64,000 bases of DNA. Source: Candidatus Altiarchaeales archaeon. GTDB taxonomy: Archaea; Altiarchaeota; Altiarchaeia; IMC4; SCGC-AAA252-I15. The stretch lies in assembly GCA_014727915.1 (NCBI GenBank), contig WJMO01000006.1, positions 265,882 to 329,881 of the forward strand. The letters run 5' to 3'. This document shows positions 46,871 to 55,535 of this stretch, piece after piece; the stretch's first letter is position 1, and every line of letters starts with the position of its first letter. Both the position numbers and the translations under genes were made by a program. The notes beneath the pieces are model-generated. The model had not been told where the DNA came from. It made no database searches and was given only the letters and a program-made list of their open reading frames with translations.

Positions 46871-49082
46871 GTTCCCTGTTCTTCCCAAGGTGGGCGTAGG
46901 CTATCACCGACACGGCCGACAGGGTCAGTAGTATGCCGATCCAGTCCACCGGCGTCTTACCGTAGACGATCCTCACATGCTTTTGCGTCGGGTACACGAG
47001 CATGAAGGAAGGTGAGACCAGGTATATCTCGTCGGCGCCTTCCGGCTTCCAGCTCGGGTAGTAGGATATGCTTATTATGTGGGGTGCCCCCACGCAGTCC
47101 GTTGTGAACTCTATGACGTCCGATTGGACTATCTCCCGGACGTTGCACTCCCTGTTCAAAGGCGTCTTGGGCAGGCTATCGAGGTCTGCCATGGAAGGGT
47201 CTCGTATGACGTCTTGGAAAAGGCGCATATCGTCGGTGTCGGCGGACTTCTTGAAGGCTATTGGACTGTCTATCAGGTCCATGTTCCGGAACCACTGGTA
47301 GCTGATGTTCTTCCAGTCGCCGGTCTCGTATAGTACAGGCATGTATTCGGGAACTGTGACATACTGGTTGGGGTTGGTGGTGAGCTCCCACACCTCGAAG
47401 GGCTCGTCCCTGAAGGCCATCCTCCACTCGGGGTGGAGCACCAACGCCTCCTTCAGCTTCTCGCTCCTGGCGACGAGGTACTGGGTGTTGAACATCTTCA
47501 GGTGTTCGGTGCCGTCCTCCAGGTTGAAGCTCGTGCACGGATAGACCGCCCAGAAGGGGCAGGACTGCTGCTCGCTCACCTCAGACTGTATGTAGAAGGT
47601 GAAAGGCGAGGTTATTATGGACTGCATGTACAGGCCTTCGAGTATGCTCCTGCCAGCGAACAATGGTATGCTCTCGAATGCGCGGACCGTGCCTGCGGCG
47701 TTGTGCTTGTCGTTGTGCTCGAACTTGGCGCGTGGGCTGCTGACATCGCCCCCCATGAAGTCGTTGGTGGACTTGAACTGCTTCCAGATGCTCTTCTTCT
47801 CGAAGCCCTCATAGTTCCACTCCACCCAGTAGGGTGTGTACCCGCCGTATTTCCACGTCTTCATCTGTTCCATGAACTTCCCGGGGTGGAATTCTATCTT
47901 GTCGTCCTGCGAGGTTATCAGGACCTTGTTGCTGTTCACCCAGAAGACGGTGAGCAACACGACGATAAGCGGGAGTATCCATTTGCCCTTGAGGGGGCGG
48001 ATGAACTGTGAGAGGCCATATGCCGCGAGCACCATGAGGGTCAGGTAGGTGAAGGGCAGGAACCTTATGTCTACCACGCCTATCTTGGGGGCGAGGACGA
48101 AGAACACCAGAGAGGTCACGATGGAGTATGTCAGGAAGACCACGCGGGAATCCCGGCGGTATGCGCACATGAAAAGGCCGAAGCCGGAGAAGAACAGGAA
48201 AGGCCATAGGATGGGAGGGAGGACCTCCTCTGTTATGTTCCAGGGTATGTCGTATGATGTCGTGTATTTGAGCCTGAGTATGAGGGGTATTATCCAGAAG
48301 CCGGTGAGCATGAACGCCAGGGGAAAGGACTTTCCCATGTACTTGACACGCTCCAAAAGCCTCTTGGGGTTGCGGTCGTAAGATAGTATTAAGGAGGACA
48401 AAACCGCCCATAGCACGGTGTATACGTGGGTCAAGGCCACCAGTGCCAGGATGAACGCGTTGGCGAGCATGTGCTTGTTCCGCTGTATCCCATAATAGAG
48501 CACGCCGAAGAAGAGCATGGTGAGGGAGAGGCTTATGCTGTAGGAGAATTCCCCGGCCAGTGTGCTGGGTATGTTTCCACCCCACATGCTGTGGGACTCC
48601 TGGAACAGGAAAGGGAGGGTGAATATGGCGCCGAAGACGGGGGTGGGGAACTTGAAGCGCATCAGCTTCAAACTGGCGAATACCGTCAGAGGCAGTGAGA
48701 ATATGCCTAGCACCGTAACCAGCTTGAAGGATATCTGCAGGGGTATTATGTAGCCGAGCAGGGCTATCATCACGAAGGGCAGAGTGAAGTAGAACTGGAA
48801 CAATGGCATGCCACCATACCATCCCGGAAGCCAGCCTATAACGTGGCCCTTTGGTATGAGCTCTTCCTTGAGGAACTTGGCGGGATAGTAGTGTGATGCT
48901 GTGTCCCCGCCGGCTGTTATGGTCTTCGCTAGCATAACGTCCGGTGTGAAGACCGAGACGAGGAAGCCATATATGACTATGAAGGCTATGATGTTCACTG
49001 CGAGCTCGAGGGTGAGGTTGAGCGTGCGTTTCCCCATCTGCAGTTCAACTCCCTTAGGCTTTCTCTTTGTTTTCTTCTTCAT
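46848..49082 (-). CDS. large polytopic membrane protein, COG5617/PTPS-related-like (probable GT-C)
   Basis: The sequence GGDTASHYYPAKFLKEELIPKGHVIGWLPGWYGGMPLFQFYFTLPFVM is followed by about 12 TMs and a ~330-aa C-terminal ectodomain. I saw no WWDYG (AglB/STT3) motif. Confidence 0.6.
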   Translation of the reverse strand: MKKKTKRKPKGVELQMGKRTLNLTLELAVNIIAFIVIYGFLVSVFTPDVMLAKTITAGGDTASHYYPAKFLKEELIPKGHVIGWLPGWYGGMPLFQFYFTLPFVMIALLGYIIPLQISFKLVTVLGIFSLPLTVFASLKLMRFKFPTPVFGAIFTLPFLFQESHSMWGGNIPSTLAGEFSYSISLSLTMLFFGVLYYGIQRNKHMLANAFILALVALTHVYTVLWAVLSSLILSYDRNPKRLLERVKYMGKSFPLAFMLTGFWIIPLILRLKYTTSYDIPWNITEEVLPPILWPFLFFSGFGLFMCAYRRDSRVVFLTYSIVTSLVFFVLAPKIGVVDIRFLPFTYLTLMVLAAYGLSQFIRPLKGKWILPLIVVLLTVFWVNSNKVLITSQDDKIEFHPGKFMEQMKTWKYGGYTPYWVEWNYEGFEKKSIWKQFKSTNDFMGGDVSSPRAKFEHNDKHNAAGTVRAFESIPLFAGRSILEGLYMQSIITSPFTFYIQSEVSEQQSCPFWAVYPCTSFNLEDGTEHLKMFNTQYLVARSEKLKEALVLHPEWRMAFRDEPFEVWELTTNPNQYVTVPEYMPVLYETGDWKNISYQWFRNMDLIDSPIAFKKSADTDDMRLFQDVIRDPSMADLDSLPKTPLNRECNVREIVQSDVIEFTTDCVGAPHIISISYYPSWKPEGADEIYLVSPSFMLVYPTQKHVRIVYGKTPVDWIGILLTLSAVSVIAYAHLGKNRELKRFFAL

Positions 49083-49891
49083 TTTTTCACTTGCATGTAC
49101 AGGAACATGCCCACTAGCAATATGAGAGCGGCCATCGGCAGGTATTCTATGGTCTCCTCCTCTTCCTCCTCGACTACCTTGACCATCCCCCCTGAGAGTA
49201 TGCTGTAGTGAAGGCCGGCCTCTTCGTATTCCAGGGATGCGAACACCACATAGGTGGAGCCTGGGAGGGCGCCAAATGCCTTTATTGGTATGGAAACGCT
49301 CCCAGTGCCCTGCGCATCTAGCGATATCTCTGTCTCATACTGGTCCGCGACTATCTCGTCCGGGAGATAGAGCCTGACGGAGACAGTTTGTGGCTTGGCG
49401 TCCAGGTTGGTCACCTCCAATACAAGGTCCCGTTTCTTTTCGGGAGGAAGGCTCACCTCTTTTACGAGCCCCCGCACCTTCGTGGGTGCGGGCTGCTTGT
49501 AGTGCACCACGAACGGGTAGACCGTGGTGAAGGGGTATGCGTTGGCGTCAGCATAGTGTGTTTTGACAACTATAGGGTAGGTTCCAGGTATGTTTGATTC
49601 GTCTATTGATATGGAGAATGCCTGGGTGCTGGGTGTGTTAGGCTGCAGTAGGCCTATGAACACTGGCTGGGCCTGAAATCCGTCGGGTAGAAGAAGGGAT
49701 GCTTGGACATCGTATGCTGGCTCGTCGCCCAGGTTGGTGAACGTGGCCTTAAGGTCCTGGGAACCGGCTGAAATGACCGATATGGGCTCCACTGCCACAT
49801 CTATCCGAATGTAAGCAGCCGATGAAAACCCGGCTAATAGCAGCATAAAAAACGCCGTGATAGTAAGTTTCCTCCTGCCCACACCAACCAC
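49079..49891 (-). CDS. secreted two-Ig-domain (CARDB/S-layer-domain-like) protein with C-terminal TM anchor
   Basis: The protein has a signal peptide, then two ~100-aa units (..DLKATFTNLGDEPAYDVQASLLLPDGF.. and ..DLVLEVTNLDAKPQTVSVRLYLPDEI..). These are followed by an E-rich spacer and the TM segment MAALILLVGMFLYM. It overlaps the downstream gene by ATGA. Confidence 0.7.
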   Translation of the reverse strand: MVGVGRRKLTITAFFMLLLAGFSSAAYIRIDVAVEPISVISAGSQDLKATFTNLGDEPAYDVQASLLLPDGFQAQPVFIGLLQPNTPSTQAFSISIDESNIPGTYPIVVKTHYADANAYPFTTVYPFVVHYKQPAPTKVRGLVKEVSLPPEKKRDLVLEVTNLDAKPQTVSVRLYLPDEIVADQYETEISLDAQGTGSVSIPIKAFGALPGSTYVVFASLEYEEAGLHYSILSGGMVKVVEEEEEETIEYLPMAALILLVGMFLYMQVKK

Positions 49892-49938
49892 TTGCTTTTA
49901 ATTAAAAACTAGTATTATTAAGTAATTTCTATTAAAAG
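49892..49938. promoter_or_regulatory. divergent promoter region
   Basis: This is a 47-nt, very AT-rich spacer (ttttaattaaaaac, tattattaag, tattaaaag). Confidence 0.3.
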
Positions 49939-51792
49939 ATGAGATACTACTCGAAAGCATGTTCTAGAGGCCTTCTTGGTGGTGGAATCGAGAACATGGT
50001 ATTGTTAGCGTTGATTCTCGTGGCCAGCTGGGTCATACTCGGCGTAGTCCTGCCTAGGCTCGGGATACTCGAACCCCCCACATCTGAAAGGGGTTATGTG
50101 GGCTTCAGCGGGATCATACCGGAACATGAGAGGCTGGGATGGCTGATAGACAACGAGAACGACAGGGGATTCTTCGTCTTCAGGAACATAGGCGACTCGA
50201 CCGCAACCATAAGGCCTGGATCGGTTGAGGTGACGATCGGGCAGTTGAAATGCGATCCCGCGCCCGCGGACGAGCCATTGTATGTGAAGCCGGGCGACAA
50301 GGCGTTGGTGGAGGTCAGATGTCCGGAACTCAATGAGAGGTTCTCGAGGATAGGCCAGTACTACGAGGCCTATGTTAACATCGTATACGAGACGCCCGCG
50401 GGCATAAGGCACAACAGCAGCGGGATACTATATGGCCACATCGAGAGGACTGACCCGCGGTTTGAGCCTCCAAATCCCAGTATTACGGGCACAACGCAGC
50501 CGAGAATTCCCCAATGTTTCTACCATGAATGCAACGTTTCAGGCGGCATGGACTACTGGAACTGCGGGGACTTACTATCCCAGTTCGAATGCCTCTACTG
50601 CCCGCAAGAGCCGGACCCAGTGGATGGGAAGCATAAGTGCTGGTACACTGGGACTTGTGGTATGGAGTGCAACTCGGACAAGGAGTGCGACCAGTTCACG
50701 ACAGACCCCTATCTGCTACAGCTGAACAAATGCACGAAATGCAGTGAAGACCCGAACAGCCCAATAGACGATCCTAGGTTCATATGCCAGGAGGTCCCGG
50801 GAGTCATTACCTGCGGGCCATGCCCACCATACGACGCAGGCTCGCTCGACAGCGCATGGTGCGACTACGAGGGATGCCGATACTGCTACTATGAATGGGT
50901 CCAGTTAAGCGAGCTGCCAGACGATGGGGTGATGAGATACAGGTGTGTTGAACAGGGTAACTGCGGAGATTCATGCATAGACTATGGTTTTGACGTATAC
51001 CAGGAATGCCAGGAGAGATGCGTTTTCTGCGAGCCGAACGAGGAGACCCCGGACCCTACAGACGGGACATGCGACCAGGGAAGCTGCGGGGAGCACTGTG
51101 GCCTGACCGGGTTGGACGAGTGCGATGAGGGTTGCATGTGGTGCAACAACACCGGGCCTAACCCCAGCTACACGTGCGAGATGGGAGACTGCGGGAAAGA
51201 TTGCGACCCAACTAACCCCATAGACGAGTGCCAGTTGGGGTGCGACATATGCTATGGGCCCAATCTCTTCGGGGAGTACAAGTGCGTTAAGATGGACATC
51301 GCTGCGGCGATAAACGCCAACAACGGCACCGCATTTGGCAACGTGGTTAGGCCTAATGACCCCATATACGTCGACTTGGAGGGCGAGTGCGAGGATGGGA
51401 TTGACAAGCTGCTTGTGAGCAATAGCATAAGCAACGACCCTGCCACTGAGCCGCCCATAGACTGCCAGGCGATAGCGGATCAGATAAACAGCGACCTGGG
51501 GGAGATAGACGACCCGCTGAGCACGGAAGTGAAGGACTACCTGCAGAACACGTGGGGCATAACGTGGATGTCCGCGCCACACCAGTGCGGAGGCGTAAGG
51601 ATATGCAAGCACAGGTGGGAGACTTCGGAGGCTGACATAAACAGGTACTGCTACTTTGGGATAGCCCAGAAGTTCAGCTCTTCCGGGGATGGCAGATGGA
51701 GTCGGATAGTCGGCGACGACATCATCGTGGGTTACATAGATGTCTACCTGGCATACCCAAAGGCGGAAGGTTACGTCCAGCCGCAGTTTTGA
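49939..51792 (+). CDS. membrane-anchored or secreted protein with tandem 6-Cys modules
   Basis: The N-terminal hydrophobic helix is MVLLALILVASWVILGVV (alternative start at the ATG at 49996). Positions 50587..51295 encode five to six tandem C-x2-C...C-x3-G-x-CG-x2-C...C modules. Confidence 0.7.
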   Translation: MRYYSKACSRGLLGGGIENMVLLALILVASWVILGVVLPRLGILEPPTSERGYVGFSGIIPEHERLGWLIDNENDRGFFVFRNIGDSTATIRPGSVEVTIGQLKCDPAPADEPLYVKPGDKALVEVRCPELNERFSRIGQYYEAYVNIVYETPAGIRHNSSGILYGHIERTDPRFEPPNPSITGTTQPRIPQCFYHECNVSGGMDYWNCGDLLSQFECLYCPQEPDPVDGKHKCWYTGTCGMECNSDKECDQFTTDPYLLQLNKCTKCSEDPNSPIDDPRFICQEVPGVITCGPCPPYDAGSLDSAWCDYEGCRYCYYEWVQLSELPDDGVMRYRCVEQGNCGDSCIDYGFDVYQECQERCVFCEPNEETPDPTDGTCDQGSCGEHCGLTGLDECDEGCMWCNNTGPNPSYTCEMGDCGKDCDPTNPIDECQLGCDICYGPNLFGEYKCVKMDIAAAINANNGTAFGNVVRPNDPIYVDLEGECEDGIDKLLVSNSISNDPATEPPIDCQAIADQINSDLGEIDDPLSTEVKDYLQNTWGITWMSAPHQCGGVRICKHRWETSEADINRYCYFGIAQKFSSSGDGRWSRIVGDDIIVGYIDVYLAYPKAEGYVQPQF

Positions 51793-51805
51793 ACATGGTC
51801 TGAAG

Positions 51806-54448
51806 ATGCGAAGAGGATACCTGGTAACATTGGACGCTATAATTTCTCTTAGTTTCATCCTCTTTCTCATGCTGGGTTTCATTGGGATACAGTACTTCGA
51901 ATACGTTGGCAGGGGAGGGTCTTCGTTCGAGCATCTCCACTCCGTCGCGGAGAACGCAATAGACACCGTTAACAAGAAGGGAGTCCTGGAGGAGATTGGG
52001 AGGCAGTGGGCGTTGGGGAACATGTCCTACGCCGGCAACCTTACAGAAGAGCATTTCGGTTCTCTGATACCAGGGCATGTGGGTTACAGGCTGGAGGCTG
52101 TGGACTCCAACGGGGTTCATGTCATCTATGCGTCAGGCCCTGAACGGCCTGGGGAGGACAGATCCGAGGACGTTACAAGGGCTGTCAGGCTCCTATCGGG
52201 TTACAAGGAGGGCAGCCCCAGAGCTGGTTGGGCTGCCAGGGCATGGCTGGTAGAGAACATGAGCTGGATTACCAATCTTGTGTCGAACGAGAGCGTATGC
52301 TGTGAGGCGTGGGAGGAGGTGATGCTGGAATACAGCCCGGGGGACGAGCAGAACAACGCCTTTTTCATCATGATACCGGGAGACAGGAGCCTCTCAGGGG
52401 CTGAGTTGAACGTTAGCTGGGTCTATGGCAGCACGAGCACCACAACTTCGTCGACGACCACGAGCTCATCTACAACTTCGACCACCCTAGGAGGCTGCCA
52501 TGAGTGCCCGGGTACGGAATGCCCGATACCAGGGTGGTACGGGACTTCGGGAGACGACTACAACTATCACCAGTTCACAACGGACAGGGAATGCGACCTT
52601 GAGGTCATTATCTACACCGGACTGGCAAACAACCAGTTCGGAACCAACCTCTACGACCTCTATGCGAACTGGGAGGAGAACATGGCTGCCCCCGGCTGCG
52701 GCGGCCCCTGCAGTGGGGACGGGGTATTCTACCCCGACTGCCTGTGCAAGTGCGCTCATCCCATGAGCGACCCCCAGCTTTGGCCGTGGGAGTGCAACAC
52801 GCTCATAGACGGGGGGCTTGACACTTACAGGTCATGCATCGTCCCTGAGCTGCCTGCTGGAACATACCAGCTGATGGTGGACTGCTGGAGCCCAGGGGAT
52901 ATAGTCAACCTCTGCCCGGGTGACTATTACATCTACATCCAGTCTACCACGCCGGGTTGCCCGAACTATCAGCCTCCGGGGACCAGCACAACGGTCACGA
53001 CCACGAGCACGACGGACACGACCACCACCTCGACCACGATTCCGCTGCTGGCCAACGGGGAGAGGTGCACGGAGCATGGGGAATGCCAGTCAGGGAACTG
53101 CGCAGTGGACTATGACATGCCCCCGGGCGACGACTGCAGCACGTCCGAGGACTGCTGGTGCGCGCCGGCCGGCAACTGCGCCCACAGCGACGTGGCAACC
53201 TGCGACCAGTCATGCTATGAGGACTATTACTTCGACATGAAGGCTCCGGTATGTCGCTCGGACACGGGGGTGTGGAGGTGCGTCGGAGCAAGGTGGACGG
53301 AGGACTTCTGCCCGGTCTGCGGGTCGAGCGGTAATCCGATAGACATACCGTGCATCGGGATGTGGGAGTGCCAGGCTGGAAGCCCGTATGCAACGTGCGA
53401 CGCGGGTTGCACGAAGGACGGGGACGTCTGCGACTACTGCGGCGGAGGAACCAGCCAGCCCGACTCTGACTCATGGTTCAATGCGGTATGCTTCGAGGGA
53501 TCGTGCAGGTGCGACATGGATGGTGTCCTGCCGGTGGACGAGAACTGCGCGGGCGCAAGGTACGACTGCGACCTGTGCACCTCGTGCTACATACAGAATA
53601 TGGGCTTCGATTGCCTGTTGGCTGGTGGGGATATGTGCTGTGACCCGAGGATGGGGCGGAACGACTACCGCGACGAGGTTCAGGACATCATCGGGCCCAA
53701 CACGTGCACGGCGGACTTCTGTGACGGGGCGGGCAACTGTGTGATGGAGCCGCAGGTTGGCTGCAGCAGCAGGCCGAAGAAGATATACTACGAGTACCGT
53801 GGTTGGGATAGCTGTCCACCTTCACAGTGGGACTATGACTGCATGGACGATGGCACACCGGACGGTAACAATACGAGGCTGAGCCACAGGCGATACACGC
53901 CGGGGTTGACATATGCAAGTACCTACGGGACCCACGAGGGCGGGGGATGGTACTGCTACCCGGAGGAGGTTTGGAGCTACACCAAGGGAGACGATGATGA
54001 CGTGTCCATCGGGAAGTATGAGGCGGGCTGTAATCCGTTCCAGACGAGCCAGTACGTCAAGCACGGGGAGTCGGTGAGGTTCAGCATGGACATCGAATCT
54101 GGTGTTACGGACATTAGGTTCAAGTTCTCGGCGATGCCCCAGGCCAGCTGCCTTGAGACGTTGCAGTTGCTCGATGACACTGGAACGAATACCATCGGGA
54201 CGTGCGTTATCGGAGAGCCGTCGAAGGGTCCGGGCTCGTGCCCTGCGGTACAGATGGACAACTCAATGTGGGACTACTGTGAGGTTCAGGTGGACAGCGG
54301 AGACCCGGAGTGGTCTTATATCACCTTGGGTGCTGAGAACATTTTCACGATAAGATACGATTATGCCTTCGACGGTTATGGCGGGGGCTGCAGCACTAAT
54401 ACCCCGTGTGTCATGTACCTTGACTCGGTTGAGATGGAGTGCAGTTGA
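51806..54448 (+). CDS. pilin-like protein, type D' with large Cys-rich/PPC-like ectodomain (881 aa)
   Basis: The ATG at 51806 lies 13 nt after the upstream stop. The N-terminus MRRGYLVTLDAIISLSFILFLMLGF matches 1278..1667. There are two Thr-rich linkers. Positions 52490..52960 resemble a pre-peptidase C-terminal (PPC) domain (DDYNYHQF..CDLEVIIY..LYDLYAN..LPAGTYQLMVDCW..GDYYIYI). Confidence 0.7.
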   Translation: MRRGYLVTLDAIISLSFILFLMLGFIGIQYFEYVGRGGSSFEHLHSVAENAIDTVNKKGVLEEIGRQWALGNMSYAGNLTEEHFGSLIPGHVGYRLEAVDSNGVHVIYASGPERPGEDRSEDVTRAVRLLSGYKEGSPRAGWAARAWLVENMSWITNLVSNESVCCEAWEEVMLEYSPGDEQNNAFFIMIPGDRSLSGAELNVSWVYGSTSTTTSSTTTSSSTTSTTLGGCHECPGTECPIPGWYGTSGDDYNYHQFTTDRECDLEVIIYTGLANNQFGTNLYDLYANWEENMAAPGCGGPCSGDGVFYPDCLCKCAHPMSDPQLWPWECNTLIDGGLDTYRSCIVPELPAGTYQLMVDCWSPGDIVNLCPGDYYIYIQSTTPGCPNYQPPGTSTTVTTTSTTDTTTTSTTIPLLANGERCTEHGECQSGNCAVDYDMPPGDDCSTSEDCWCAPAGNCAHSDVATCDQSCYEDYYFDMKAPVCRSDTGVWRCVGARWTEDFCPVCGSSGNPIDIPCIGMWECQAGSPYATCDAGCTKDGDVCDYCGGGTSQPDSDSWFNAVCFEGSCRCDMDGVLPVDENCAGARYDCDLCTSCYIQNMGFDCLLAGGDMCCDPRMGRNDYRDEVQDIIGPNTCTADFCDGAGNCVMEPQVGCSSRPKKIYYEYRGWDSCPPSQWDYDCMDDGTPDGNNTRLSHRRYTPGLTYASTYGTHEGGGWYCYPEEVWSYTKGDDDDVSIGKYEAGCNPFQTSQYVKHGESVRFSMDIESGVTDIRFKFSAMPQASCLETLQLLDDTGTNTIGTCVIGEPSKGPGSCPAVQMDNSMWDYCEVQVDSGDPEWSYITLGAENIFTIRYDYAFDGYGGGCSTNTPCVMYLDSVEMECS

Positions 54449-54512
54449 TCGGGGGTTTAAAAGCGTCTGGTGGCGGGTCAAGTATTTAAGCCAGAGTTCC
54501 ATAATATAATGG

Positions 54513-55013
54513 ATGGCTTCGGTTATGAGATCTGATGTTATCCGAAACGTTCTTGCTGAATGCCTGAGTGAAAGTCATGTTAGTGTCCTTGACAAGTTGA
54601 GCGATGAGAAGTATGACGAGGACGTTGCTGCTGACCTCGGACTGAAAGCCACCATCATCCGAACATTGTTGAATGACCTGCATGAGAACAGTCTGGTCGA
54701 GTATCAGAGGACGAAGAACAAGAAGACCGGTTGGTACACGTATCTTTGGGTGAGGCGAGAGGGCAAGATAAAGGAGTACGTGCAGAATTGGCTGAATTTT
54801 CAGCTTTTAGAGCTTAATTCCCGTTTAGAGGATGAGACCAGGAATGTGACTTTCAATTGTGAGTGCATGAGGGTCCCCTATGAGTCCGCCATGGAAGCCA
54901 ACTTCCGGTGCGGCAGCTGCGGCGGTGATTTCGTCGAGTACAACAACAGCGAGCTCATAGATGAGATAGTCAGTGAGGTTGCTCGCATAAACAGTCTGGT
55001 TGAGCAGATTTAA
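54513..55013 (+). CDS. tfe: transcription factor E (TFIIE-alpha homologue)
   Basis: The protein has an N-terminal winged helix (..IIRTLLNDLHENSLVEYQRTKNKKTGWYTYLW..) and a Zn ribbon (FNCEC...FRCGSCGG). Confidence 0.85.
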   Translation: MASVMRSDVIRNVLAECLSESHVSVLDKLSDEKYDEDVAADLGLKATIIRTLLNDLHENSLVEYQRTKNKKTGWYTYLWVRREGKIKEYVQNWLNFQLLELNSRLEDETRNVTFNCECMRVPYESAMEANFRCGSCGGDFVEYNNSELIDEIVSEVARINSLVEQI

Positions 55014-55019
55014 GTTAAG

Positions 55020-55535
55020 ATGTCTTTGTTGACGCGGGATCAGGCACTACAAAAACTCCAATTGAACAATGTACACAGAGATGTTATTGAACATTGTTTA
55101 ACTGTTTCTGGTTTTGCGGTGGAGATCGCAGAGAGGATAAGAGCCAACGGACACCAGGTTGACTTGGACTTCATAGAGACAGCATCACTGCTGCACGACA
55201 TCGGACGATGCAGAACGCACGGGATAGGACATGGAGTGGAAGGGGCCAGGATAATGGAAGACCACCCCCGTTACGCGCGCATCTGCGAGAAACACATCGG
55301 GGGAGGGATCACAAAAGAAGAGGCAGTTGAACTAGGTCTGCCAGCCAGAGACTACCTCCCCGAAACGCTGGAGGAGAAGATAATATGCTACGCGGACAAG
55401 TTGACATCAGGCACAGAAAGACAAAATATCAGCGAAGCAGTGAAGAAGTTCAGCGAACGGCTCGGGCCAGGACACCCAACAATAGAGCGCATAAAAAAGC
55501 TGCATGAGGAGATAACGGAACTAGCAGGATACTAG
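55020..55535 (+). CDS. HD-superfamily hydrolase (HDIG-type)
   Basis: Motifs present are H..V..FAVEIA, LLHDIGRC, GHGVEGARI and ICYADKL. Confidence 0.85.
   Translation: MSLLTRDQALQKLQLNNVHRDVIEHCLTVSGFAVEIAERIRANGHQVDLDFIETASLLHDIGRCRTHGIGHGVEGARIMEDHPRYARICEKHIGGGITKEEAVELGLPARDYLPETLEEKIICYADKLTSGTERQNISEAVKKFSERLGPGHPTIERIKKLHEEITELAGY

Noticed and set aside
47809-48822. A 337-aa same-strand alternative-frame ORF inside 46848..49082.
   Set aside because: It is His/Pro/Arg/Gly-rich with no TM pattern, whereas the annotated frame gives about 12 regular TM helices and a conserved N-terminal motif.
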